Assembly: GCA_002269645.1 (NCBI GenBank)
Contig: NIVC01001128.1
Coordinates: 215,810 to 279,809, forward strand
Length of the DNA: 64,000 bases
Direction of reading: 5' to 3'
Source: Macrostomum lignano
Lineage: Eukaryota
Shown here: positions 13,301 to 26,262 of the stretch, in pieces
Numbering within the stretch: the first letter of the stretch is position 1
Layout of the letters: each line of letters opens with the position of its first letter
The notes under the pieces: generated by a model
The model's database searches: none
Told to the model about the DNA's origin: nothing
What the model saw: only the letters and a program-made list of their open reading frames with translations
Translations under genes and position numbers: made by a program

Positions 13301-16300
13301 AGCCGACGAGAACAGAACACGCACTGGCCAGCCAATCAAACCCCGCCTGGGGGAGAGGGTGCAGCACGCACAAAGCCCCGCGGCCAGCCAAACCTTGACC
13401 TGGCTCACGTCAACTCCAAGCTAGCACAAAAGTGCATCGCGCCGTGCCAAAAAGACAAGGGCAAATGCACTACAATTTCATAGTGCACGTCGTAGATGAT
13501 TCGTCGGTCGTGTCCCAGCTGACCAGGACTTTGCCAACTAACCAAGTAATCAAGTTTCCTCTTTACTGTGTCAACAGTACCCTGTTCCTCGGCTATCCTT
13601 TTCGGAACGACTTTGCCGTCTACCAGGTCGTAGAAAATTGTCAGCACCGATCAGAAGGGAGACTGGCTCATTGGCATCGCGGAGATCAAACGGATTGGCA
13701 AGATTAAGAGGCTGAATTTCTGAATGTGCGTCCAACATCACTGATGTTTGAGGTTTGCAGATCCAAGAAGTCGTGTAGCCTTTCAAAGAAACATAATTTC
13801 CGTCCTTGGAACCCGTTCTCAGAATGTGGCATCATACGATGTTCGATGTAGATTCGCTGCATCTTGTTCCAAAAGTGTTGCCACGCAGCACTTTACTTGC
13901 CTGTGTTGTAAAGCTCAACTGGCTGCTCATGTCCTGTCTGATGTAGGTTTTATTAATGGCGGTATCTAATAACTCGTAGATCAACACTCCCCAGTCAAAA
14001 CGATGCCGTTGCCTTGTCGTCGTTAACACGTCAAAAATAACGTCGCCAAATAAGCCATTTTGTCGCACGCGGTGACGTTGCTATTACGACCCCAGGCAAC
14101 GTTAGAATTTCACGTTACTGATGACCAAACGGCGATCATTCATTACAGATTGCATATACTTAGCACAGATGCTTAGCACCTTCAATATACCGAGAATCTC
14201 GAATCTATAATTCAATAAGTTTGTTCTAAGGTAGGGAATAAAAATAAACTAAGTTTATGGAGTTTATAGGTCTATGGAGATCATGGAGTATAGACTCTGG
14301 ACATCACAGGTTGCCAGAGTCCATCCTTCTGTGCAAAATTTATCCATAAGGTGTGCTTTGAAGTCATATGAGTCCTTAATGAAAGTGGGTTGAGCTTAGG
14401 CAATCGGATTAAGAAAAAAATCAATGCATTTTTCTGCCAGTGGCTTCAGAACTACATCGGCTAACAATAGGTCTGTCTGCTCGGACCCGGAAATCACATC
14501 ACATCACAGAATCACAAGATCAGGGTTCTTGTGAGTTTTTGGTAGCAGGTAGAAATGCCCGGGGCGAAGACAAGAGAACTGTTTGTTTGATATAAACTTT
14601 TTGCTACATAAAATGAGAAAGATCCACCTGATAATTTCCGCAGTCTCGGGTTTCGACGGCTGGTCCAGCTTTTGATAGGCATTAGTGTCAAGCAATTGGT
14701 CGTAGGCTGCAAGTTTGCATGATGACTACTGCGTTTCCTTTGTCCGCCTTTTATATTAGGACGGAGCTGTTTCGCTCCTGAATCGCTCTTGTCTCTGGTG
14801 CTAGCGGGCTAACTAACCCTCTTCAGCTCTCCAAAGAACTAGCTCAAGTGGATTCATAAAAATTTAAAGAGAACCAAAGAATAGTACGCACATAGCCACA
14901 AACTGTTCAGATGTAGCGTTATTGTATTTAATCGAAAAGTAGCTAAGCTTAGTACCGGCTAATAGCGGTCTAGGCGCATGAGCATGGCTGACTGACATCA
15001 AGCGGTCAGAAACGCAGACAAGTGCAAGGTCGTTAAGCCAAGTCAAGTTAACCCAATACAGTAGGCTGAAAGTAATGATATGCAAAAAAGGCATGCGATC
15101 AGTCATTAGAAAAATATAATTCACACACTCCTGCGGCAACCTAGATCGCAGTCGGTGGACATACTTCTCAGCACTAGCCAACGCCCAGCGAGCCGTCGCA
15201 GCAACCTGCGTGCAGTGCGTCGAGCATGCGCGCAGAGTTGAATTCGAAGTAAAGCAGACCCTGCTTCATTAAGCTTGTGGCATAAGCTACGTAGTTGCTG
15301 CTCATATAAGACATCAAGGCAGTAACGAGCTCAGCATCGACGTACTTTGTCGCAGGCAGGCCTGGAAAGCTAACGTCAGTCCGGTTTTAATACCGTGCAC
15401 TTGGCGGTACCACGTCCAAGCCATTCATTACTAACAGGTGTCATTGCGGTCAGCAGTGTTACACGAAGCTCACCATCGTTGTAGGTGCGCCAGTAAGCCA
15501 TCAGGCAACGCCAGACAATACCACAGATATGGCGGGGCATCCCACGGCGGTACAGCACTTGCGCGCTCATTTGGTACGCTCTGCATCTTGTAGCATGGTC
15601 GAGGAGCTCGGCGCCTTGTAACTGTTGCAAAACGAACGTTGACACAGCACGGAGTGGATAGAGTACAGTACGCTTAAGAGTTCACCGACGCCGCGACCTG
15701 ACAACTGCTTAGAATCACGCAGCTCAAAGCCCCTCACTTCCGCGTGCTGTACAAAGTGACGTTCCAGCAGCGGCTGAAAGTAGTGACCCATACGTCGTCA
15801 CCTTGGTTGATACGCTTCATCAACTGCGAATTCAATCCGGCGTATTGGCGCACAACGATCATCGCGATATCAAAGTAGACAACATTTAAGATAATATTTT
15901 GATAATTAATGCTACGTTGACCAGACGGCATTTCTTGCGTGACGCGTATCAGCTGTTGAAAGCCACGACACCTCATAACTGATTCAGCATAGCGCGGCTG
16001 GCCTACCAAAGGGGTTTTGACACGTCTTGACTAAAGCTCAGATTGCACATGACACGACCTAATTGCTTGACGAAATACACTGCTGATGAGCTGCAAAAGC
16101 ACGGGGTAGATTATTAGATTAACCAGGCAGGACATGCAGTTGATTAAATCGTAGAGTCAAGAGAGCAGGAGAGAGTGAGAGAGCAGAAGAATATCAATAT
16201 TTTTATAATACACTGTAGATGTAAATTCCAGTCTAGTTCCGATCCGATGCGCTGAGGTTCAAAGCGCGGCTTGTTCTTTGACTGTTAGTGAGTCATTTTC

Positions 16301-19300
16301 ACTGTTCGGACGCCTTGCAGTAAAATTTCACTATTAGGGCCTGTATAATATATGGGCCGGCTGATGATATATTTCTCAAGAACTCCGAGTCACTAGGCGA
16401 TTCTCTACGTGTGATATTGCATATATGCGTTGTATCATTGGCTGGCTCATTTGTTTATATGGCAAGGTGAGAAGAAATCTTGTAAGTAGGCAAGCTCACT
16501 ATGGACTACAAGTCACTAACAAATACAGGATCTTGGTTTGAAATCAGAAATCATACCTTGCAAAAGTTCCCATCAAGTAAGTTTAATATACAAGTAGGAA
16601 GCACACTACCAACATGCCTAAAAATTTAGAGTCAAGTGCACTAGACATGGCATACTCTAGCTCATGGGCTATAGAGACGTGGATAACATTCAATCAAATT
16701 TGAGTACATTAGCAAAGCCATGCAAGCCAAACCTGTGCTAAACCAACCAACATAAAAACTTTTATATTCATGTTTTGTATTCTTTACTCGTACATTGTCC
16801 AACTAATTGAAATCGGCTACCAGTGGTTTAACTTACCTTGATCCACTCGATGCAAAATCAATACAAATAATTATGCACTATTGCGAGTAATGGAATGAAG
16901 AGCACTTGTAGAACGGAGAATAGCTCGGCAGATTTTTTCAGATACGTGCGTAGTAAAGCATTATCATTTAAGGCTGATTTTATTTTCGCCTCAAGAGGGC
17001 TTCAGGACATGTGTGCAGGAGGCTAAGTGTCGTAGGGGGGGGACAAGAAAGTGTACGAGTACATCTTAAAGCTTAAAGTGCGCCAGGGTGCACGCAGCCC
17101 CCCTCCCCTGACCTCTAGCTAAAACAAATTTACCTATGACACAATACCAGATGCCGCGACCTACTGGCCTGTCCATTGCGCGATCTGGGCATCACTGTTA
17201 GCCTTCAGGATCGTCTGCAAGCCGCTCTGCGCTGCGTTCAACGCGCCCACATCGGCCTACAATTATATAATCCAGCCTACGTATCTGCTAACGAGGCCGA
17301 CTTTCTACTCGATCTTGGTTGCCTAGCAACGGACGCATATTTTTCCCAGCTATCCGAGGCCGGCTCCGATCCCGGTCCAGCCGGCCTCGAATCCGCCGTC
17401 GTAGCTCGAATCGGTCGAACTATTCGATTAATGCGATTTACCTGGCGAGCTGCTCGGTTGCTAGGCAACACTGTGCCAGATTATGAGCGCCTAATTGACA
17501 ACGGAGACGCCGCGGCGGTCGCTTATTTGGCTAAGCTGCACGGCTTGCCAAGCTCTGATTGGCTGCGCCAGCTGGCTAGTCTTCTGCTTCTAGTAGATAA
17601 CAAAAATTTGGGGGTCTCCGGCTCAACTGACACGCCTAAGCTTCTGCCATTGTTAGTGCCGGCACTGCTCACTGTTGATGGACTGTCGGTGTGGCGGGTC
17701 GCTCAGCTGCTGCTGGATGCTGGGCTGGTGAGTCATGGAATGGGATATCGGATTTCTAGCTTTATGATTCATAATATATTGGGATCTTGGATTTTTTAAA
17801 CTATATCTGTAATTGAGATTAAGGTTAATGATTCATAACTGGGATTTGAGAATTCAAGGTTTATGAATAACAGTTTGTGTCTATGATTTCAAGATTTCTG
17901 ATTCATAATTGGGACCTGGGGGATTTCAAGATTTATGATTCATATAATTGGGATCTGGGGGGATTTCAGATTTATTATTCATAATTGGGATCTGGGGGGG
18001 CTTCAAGATTTATGATTCATATAATTGAGATCTGGGGGATTTCAATATTTATGATTCATATAATTAAATTGGGATCTAGGGGATTTCAAGATTTATGATT
18101 CATATAATTGGGATCTGGGGGGATTTCAGATTTATTATTCATAATTGGGATCTGGGGGGGGGCTTCAAGATTTATGATTCATATAATTGGGATCTGGGGG
18201 GATTTCAATATTTATGATTCATATAATTGGGATCTGGGTGGGATTTCAGATTTATGATTCATAATTGGGATCTGGGGGGATTTCAAGATTTATGATTCAT
18301 ATAATTGGGATCTGGGGGGATTTCAAGATTTATGATTCATATAATTGGGATCTGGGGGGATTTCAAGATTTATGATTCATAATTGGGATCTGGGGGGACT
18401 TCAAGATTTATGATTCATATAATTGGGATCTGGGGGGATTTCAAGATTTATGATTCATAATTGGGATCTGGGGGGACTTCAAGATTTATGATTCATATAA
18501 TTGGGATCTGGGGGGATTTCAAGATTTATGATTCATAATTGGGATCTGGGGGGACTTCAAGATTTATGATTCATATAATTGGGATCTGGGGGGATTTCAA
18601 GATTTATGATTCATAATTGGGATCTGGGGGGACTTCAAGATTTATGATTCATATAATTGGGATCTGGGGGGATTTCAAGATTTATGATTCATAATTGGGA
18701 TCATAAAGTAGCGCGTATACATTATTGCTCTTTTATTGCAATTTACAATACAAACTGAGACCAAAACAATACAATGCAAATACAAACTCCCAATTCCTTT
18801 CGCTTGCAGTCGGAACTGGCCGCCCGACAAAACTTGGACGCTTTGCTCAAAGCGGCCCGAGTCTCACTGCTCGAACTTGACGATGACAGCGATATTGACA
18901 GTATCTCCGATTCTAATAGCGACATTAGCAGCGGCCTGTCCGCTCTAGGCGAGTTGCTAACCATCGCTTGCCGACTCGGAGGATTCGGTTCCGCCTTGTC
19001 GCTTCATCGCTTGCACACCTGTCTGCGTATTATTCAATCCTGCCGCTGTTGCTGCTGTCTGGCCGAGTCTGGCGCAGTGAACTCAAGCGATTCAGCTGCC
19101 CAGCTAGGCATGGCACTGGAGGTTCGCTATGAGGATTCCGCAATAATGTCGCTGCCGTCTACTCAGAGATTGATGTTTCTCAAATTGACTGGCCAGATGA
19201 TGCGGCTGACTGAACGAGCGTCGGATGCTGCGCCTGCGGTTGCGATCGATCAGGTGAGAGGAGTCGTTATTGCGATTGTTAAAGTACTGTCTTCCAGTTG

Positions 19301-22300
19301 TTCCTACCGATCACGAAATTCTTGCTTCGTTCTTTCTTTCTTTTATTCCTCCTTTTCTACAAATCCCATATTCTCCTTTCCAGGCAATTAGACTTGATTC
19401 TCGTTTCCTGGAAATCCCTCTCTCGTTTCCTTGAAATCCCACTTGCCCTTCGTTTCCTGGAAATCCCTCTCTCGTTTTCCTTGAAATCCCACTTGCCCTT
19501 CGTTTCCTGGAAATCCCTCTCTCGTTTCCTTGAAATCCCACTTGCCCTTCGTTTCCTGGAAATCCCTCTCTCGTTTTCCTTGAAATCCCACTTGCCCTTC
19601 GTTTCCTGGAAATCCCTCTCTCGTTTTCTTGAAATCCCACTTGCCCTTCGTTTCCAGGAAATCCCTCTCTCGTTTCCTTGAAATCCCACTTTTTTGCCCT
19701 TCGTTTCCTGGAAATAATACTTACCCCTCATTTACTTACCGGAAACCCACTTACCCATCGATGCCTGGAAATCTCACTGGACTCTCGTTTCCTGGAAATC
19801 CCAAATGCCCCTCGTTTCCTGGAAATCCCACTTACCTCTCGTTTCCTTAAAATCCCAAACGCCCCTCGTTTCCTGGAAATCCCACTTACCTCTCGTTTCC
19901 TTGAAATCACACTCTTATTTCTCCGAAAATGCAACTTCTTCCTTTTCTATTAATACCATTTATTTTCCTTTCCTGAAAAATCACATGGTTTTGTAATCCT
20001 TTAATCACCTAGACGCCCAGCAACGCGGCCCTAATTAACCTGGCTAGTCAGGCCATCGACACTCTTCGACTAGCTGGCCGCCCCTTAGCCGCCCTCACCC
20101 TGGCAACTCTGCTAAGCGAATTACAAGACAATACGGACTCATTAGGTGCCGCGGACAGTTTGCCGTCAATCTGCCAGGACCGCTGTCATGCGCTACTAAC
20201 TGGACTGTTATCTCAGCGTCTGGAAGCGAAACTAATCGACAAACAGCTGTGCCAGTCCACCGCCTGGTCTCTCCCGGAATCCGTTGGCCAGTCCGTTCTA
20301 CAACGGGTCGCGCAGAAATCTCGGCACTCATACAATCGATTGGAGTTCATCGCTCGCCTAGCCTATCACTATGGTGCTCAGCGGGGCAATCCTGAGCACG
20401 CTAAACGGGCACTGGCTCTGGCTAAGGGAGCCTATTGGAGTAGGACTCTGTCCGCTTTGGGTATTAAGATTGGCGACTTGACGGTGAGGAATCTAACTAT
20501 CCTTAGATCCCATCAGTTTATCCCATCCCAGATCCCACTAATTTATCCCATCCCAGATCCCATCAATTTATCCCATCCCCAGATCCCATCAATTTATTCC
20601 ATCCCAGATCCCATCAATTTATCCCATCAATTTATCCCATCTCAGATCCCATCAATTTATCCCATCCCAGATCCCATCAATTTATCCCATCCCAGATCCC
20701 ATCAATTTATCCCATCCCCAGATCCCATCAATTTATCCCATCCCAGATCCCGCCAATTTATCCCATCCCAGATCCCATCAACTTATATCATCCCCAGATC
20801 CCAAAAATGTACGCCATCTTAAGTTCTCTTAATCCGTTGTCTCTACAGATTCGAGAATCCTAGCTACAACAACAGCTGGAACCTTTATTAGATTGCACTT
20901 CACTTATGAAAATATTTCCCAGATCCTACAGTATACACTTTTTGCAAAGCGATATTTACCCTTACTATATCTGTCTGCTAATATCGCAAATATTGATTAG
21001 GCACCTGGCAAAGCGGCTGAATGCGCCGAGACTCTGTGCAGTCTACCTGTGTCTAAATCGCTGCAGCCTGATTTACTGCTATACTACTGTCAGCAGTATC
21101 AGCAGCCCGCTACCGCTCACCTGCTGCGCTACCTCGAAAATCTATTGTTTCCGCAGTCTGGCAGTCAGGTGTGTTCTTGGCGCTTTTAATGCGCTTTTGC
21201 TTTTCTAAATGTGGGTTGTCACCTTCCTACACTGTCAGTTACTGGGCCAGTCTCATCCTCAGTTGCTGGGCCAGCCTCATCCTCAGTAGCTGGGCCAGCC
21301 TCCCAGATCCTCAGTTAGTCGCTGGGCGAGTCTCCCAGATCCTTAGTTGCTGGGCCAGCCTCCCAGATACTCAGTCAGTTGCTGGGCCAGCCCCCCAGTT
21401 TCTCAGTTGCTGGGCCAGCCTCCCAGATACTCAGCTGCTGGGCCAGCCTCCCAGATCCTCAGTCAGTTACTGGGCCAGCCTCCCAGATACTCAGTCAGTT
21501 GCTGGGCCAGCCTCCCAGATCCTCAGTTGCTGGGCCAGCCTCCCAGATCCTCAGTCAGTTGCTGGGCCAGCCTCCCAGATCCTCAGTTGCTGGGCCAGCC
21601 TCCCAGATCCTCAGTTGCTGGGCCAGCCTCCCAGATCCTCAGTTGCTGGGCCAGCCTCCCAGATACTCAGTCAGTTGCTGGGCCAGCCCCCCAGTTTCTC
21701 AGTTGCTGGGCCAGCCTCCCAGATACTCAGTTGCTGGGCCAGCCTCCCAGATCCTCAGTCAGTTGCTGGGCCAGCCTCCCAGATACTCAGTCAGTTGCTG
21801 GGCCAGCCTCCCATATCCTCAGTTGCTGGGCCAGCCTCCCAGATTCTCAGTCAGTTGCTGGGCCAGTTCCCTCATCATCCCCATATCTGACTGGTGCCGC
21901 ACACGCAGGTGGAGGTCAGACAAGGTGCCGTGAACCTGGCCGGCGCCACCCTTGCCGTACTGAAGCGGGTGAGCCATCCGGACGAGCTGCTCAACCGTCT
22001 ACTCGGCTACTACGCTCAGTTGGATCCGTACGAATACGAGTCTATCGAGCTGATCTGCTGCAGCCTGCTAGCGATGCCGCAGTGCCCCGAGGCCCAGGCT
22101 GCTCATTGTAGCAGAGCTCTGCAGTTGCTCGCTTCGTTGAAGCGCTACAGACGAGTGTCTCAGATTAGCAGCTACGAGAGGAACTGGTGAGGACTTGTCA
22201 ATTCTGACTGCGTGACGCTGTGACACCCCCAATTCTGAATGCGTGACGCTTCCGGTTCTGAATGCGTGACGTCTTCAATTCTGGATGCGTGACGCATCCG

Positions 22301-25300
22301 ATTTTGAATGCGTGACGCTGTGGTGTCTTCAATTCTGAATGCATGACGCTTCTGATTCTGAATGCGTGACGCCTCTGATTCTGAATGCGTGTGACGCCTC
22401 CGATTCTGAATGCGTGACGCTGTGACACCTTCTTCTGAATGCGTGACGCTTCTGATTCTGAATGCGTGACGCTGTGACGCCTCCAATTCTGAATGCGTGA
22501 CGCTGTGACACCTTCAATTCTGAATGCGTGACGCTTTTGATTCTGAATGTGTGACGCCTCTGATTCTGAATGCGTGACGCTTCTGATTCTGAATGCGTGT
22601 GACGCCTCCGATTCTGAATGCGTGACGCTTCTGCTTTTGAATGCGTGACGCTTCCGGTTCTAAATGCGTGACACCTCCGATTCTGAATGCGTGACGCCTC
22701 GTATTCTGAATGCGTGACGCCTCCGATTCTGATCACGTGACGCCTTCAATTCTTAATGCGTGACGCCTCCGATTCTGAATGCGTGACGCCTCCGATTCTG
22801 ATCACGTGATGCCTTCAATTCTTAATGCGTGACGCATCCGATTCTAAATGCGTGACGCTGTGACACCTTCAATTCTGAATGCGTGACGCTTCTGCTTTTG
22901 AATGCGTGACGCCTCCGATTCTGATCACGTGATGCTGTGACGCCTCCAATTCTGAATGCGTGACGCCTCCGAATCTGAATGTGTGACACCTGTAATTCTG
23001 TACTTATAATGAGTGTGTCTGGTGTCCTGGCTCGGATTAACGTGTTGTTACATTAATTTTATTTACTTATTTACGCTCTGTGCCCTTGTTTACGCTCTGT
23101 TGCATATCCGCATTGAAACCGCAGGTACCAGAAGCGAATGCAGCGGCCAGACCTGGCCGAATGGTACTTCACCTCAGCGTCCGCCATCAATTCGAAGTCG
23201 TCGCGTCGTTTAAATTTATTCGCCCTACTGGAGCCCAAGCTGTACAAAATTGTGAATCCAGAATTAAGATTCGACACTCTGGACTATTGGCTGGGCGTGT
23301 CCGATCTCATTGGCATATCCGAGACCGAGCTTAAACTTTCCGCCGCTGATAAGATATTCGAGGAAGCGTTCGGTCACTCGCATCTGCAGCACCAGCAGCA
23401 GCAACAGCACGAGGCTAAAGTTAATAATTGGGCCACCCAACCCGACTTAGCCAGTCAGATGGCTGTGGCCAGGATGGAAAAGGTTGGCTTTGTTGTTGTG
23501 TCACTTGTTTAGGGTGTGTTGTGTCACTCGTTTAGGGTGTGTTGTGTCACTCGTTTAGGGTGTGTTGTGTCACTTGTTTAGGGTGTGTTGTGTCACTCGT
23601 TTAGGGTGTGTTGTGTCACTCGTTTAGGGTGTGTTGTGTCACTCGTTTAGGGTGTGTTGTGTCACTCGCTTAGGGTGTGTTGTGTCACTCGCTTAGGGTG
23701 TGTTGTGTCACTCGCTTAGGGTGTGTTGTGTCACTCGTTTAGGGTGTGTTGTGTCACTCGCTTAGGGTGTGTTGTGTCACTCGTTTAGGGTGTGTTGTGT
23801 CACTCGTTTAGGGTGTGTTGTGTCACTCGCTTAGGGTGTGTTGTGTCACTCGCTTAGGGTGTGTTGTGTCACTCGCTTAGGGTGTGTTGTGTCACTCTTT
23901 TAAGGTGTGTTGTGTCACTCGTTTAGGGTGTGTTGTTTCACTCGTTTAGGGTGTGTTGTTTCACTCGCTTAGGGTGTGTTGTGTCACTCGCTTAGGGTGT
24001 GTTGTGTCACTCGCTTAGGGTGTGTTGTGTCACTCGCTTAGGGTGTGTTGTGTCACTCGTTTAAGGTGTGTCACTGATATGATCAATGCTGTCACTGATA
24101 TGATCAATGCTGTCACTGATATGATCAATGCTGTCACTGATATGATCAATGCTGTCACTGATATGATCAATGCTGTCACTGATATGATCAATGCTGTCAC
24201 TGATATGATCAACGGTGTCACTGGTATGATCAATGGTGTCACTGATATGATAATGGTGTCACTGATATGATCAATAGTGTCACTGGTATGATCAATAGTG
24301 TCACTGGTATGATCAATAGTGTCACTGGTATGATCAGTAGTGTCACTGGTATGATCAATAGTGTCACTGGTATGATCAACAGTGTCACTGGTATGATCAA
24401 TAGTGTCACTGGTATGATCAATAGTGTCACTGGTATTATCAATGGTGTCACTGATATGATCAATAGTGTCACTGATATGATCAATGGTGTCACTGATATG
24501 ATCACCTCGCTCCCGTACAGGTGCTAACTAGCGTATACGATTCGGAGCGAGCTTTGCACGTGGCATTCGCCATGCTGAAGCGAACTAGCTTGGGCTGGTT
24601 GAAGCTGCGCATAACCCGAATCTGCCTGGCAGTTTGCCAAGCCTGGTCTGAGACTGAAACTACCGCTGCGCCGCCGCAGCCGCCTGCGACACTTCAACAG
24701 CAGAAACTAACCGGCGGTGCCGCGCAACAGTCGATTCATCGGGCCGAAGCTTCGTTGAAACGCTATCGCGACATTCTAGAAGCTCTGGAATGCGAGCAGG
24801 CACTACACGCCAACGGATTAAGCGACTGCTCAGATTTGGCTAAGCTGTGCTCAAGTCCTAGCGAACTGCTCGATCGACTGGTCTCGGCCGGTGAAGCCGA
24901 GGCTGCCAGTCAGGTGGCCGAGATTTTGGGCGCAGATCTGTCAGCTGTGGTTGCTAAGCGCGTGCAAGATTGGCTAGGCATTAAGCCGGCTGGATCGGGG
25001 GCCGATGGCTCGCCTGGTGAGTTGGCTGGGAGGGGCTTCTGATTAATGATGTTTGATTTTTTGTTAGATAGGTATCAGATAGTACTATCGCAGTATTAGG
25101 GTTATCGAATCACTCCTATTAGCTCCCTAAGAATCACTCCTATTAGTATTAGCTCCCTAAGGATCTCCCTAGGGATCACTCCTACTCGCTCCCTAAGGAT
25201 CACTCCTACTCGCTCCCTAGGGATCACTCCTATTACTCCCTATAGATCACTCCTATTAGCTCCCTATATATCACTCCTATTAGCTCCCTATATATCACTC

Positions 25301-26207
25301 CTATTAGCTCCCTATAGATCACTCCTATTAGCTCCCTATAGATCACCCCTATTAGCTCCCTATAGATCACTCCTATTAGCTCCCTAAGGATCACTCCTAT
25401 TAGCTCCCTAAGGATCACTCCAACTCGCTCCCTATAGATCACTCCTATTACTCCCTAAAGATCACTCCTACTCGCTCTCTAAGGATCACTCCTACTCGCT
25501 CCCTATAGATCACTCCTATTACTCCCTATAGATCACTCCTATTAGCTCCCTATATATCACTCCTATTAGCTCCCTATAGATCACTCCTATTAGCTCCCTA
25601 TAGATCACTCCTATTAGCTCCCTATAGATCACTCCTATTAGCTCCCTAAGGATCACTCCTATTAGCTCCCTAAGGATCACTCCTATTAGGATCCTATTAG
25701 CATTAATTTTAGATCAATTGCATCTTCAGATAAAGTCTCATAGTTCTCATTGAAATCTGCTTGTAGGCAGCGATTCGCAGCAGAGCCAATCAATGCTGGA
25801 CCTGAGCGCCGACGCTCTGCTATCAGTCAACGTCTGCGACATGATGTCCCAGATGCAGCAGCAACAGCGCGATGAACTCGACCAACTGCTGGACGATGAG
25901 CAGCGCTTGGCCGACACCGCCGACTTGATTGTTCGCCTCGTGCAGCGCAGCGACGATCGAGCTCGTTCTGCCTGTCTGGCCACCGTCAGGGACGCTTGGG
26001 ACTCGGAGGATTGGCGGCCTAGCGGCGTGTTCCTCGCCTGCGCCAGGGTGCTGCACCGCCTGGAGGCAGACTCTAGACTGGCCGACGCCTGGCATATGAG
26101 GATCTGCGAACTGCAGGTAAGGGGTTTTTAATAATAGGGCTGCTTGCGCCTGTCCGGTCCGTCCTGCTGTGTCTGTCTATGTCTGTCTGTCTGTCTGTCT
26201 GTCTTAG

Positions 26208-26262
<55 letters not shown>

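Noticed and set aside
15734-16009. Reading the SG...GDD segment as part of the neighbouring Penelope RT
   Set aside because: PLE RTs have MGSPLS and (Y/F)VDD; QGDD together with SKQ..GE.L and RRG fits a viral RdRp instead.
16995-17120. GC-rich islands with GGGG/CCCC ends (also 50480-50590) resembling small MITE or Helitron remnants
   Set aside because: TIRs are too weak and no TSD was identified.
20849-21000. Alternative KNTC1 acceptor at 20848 (CTCTACAG); similarly 25729
   Set aside because: In-frame stops follow within a few codons; the acceptors at 21000 and 25766 keep the frame and the homology.
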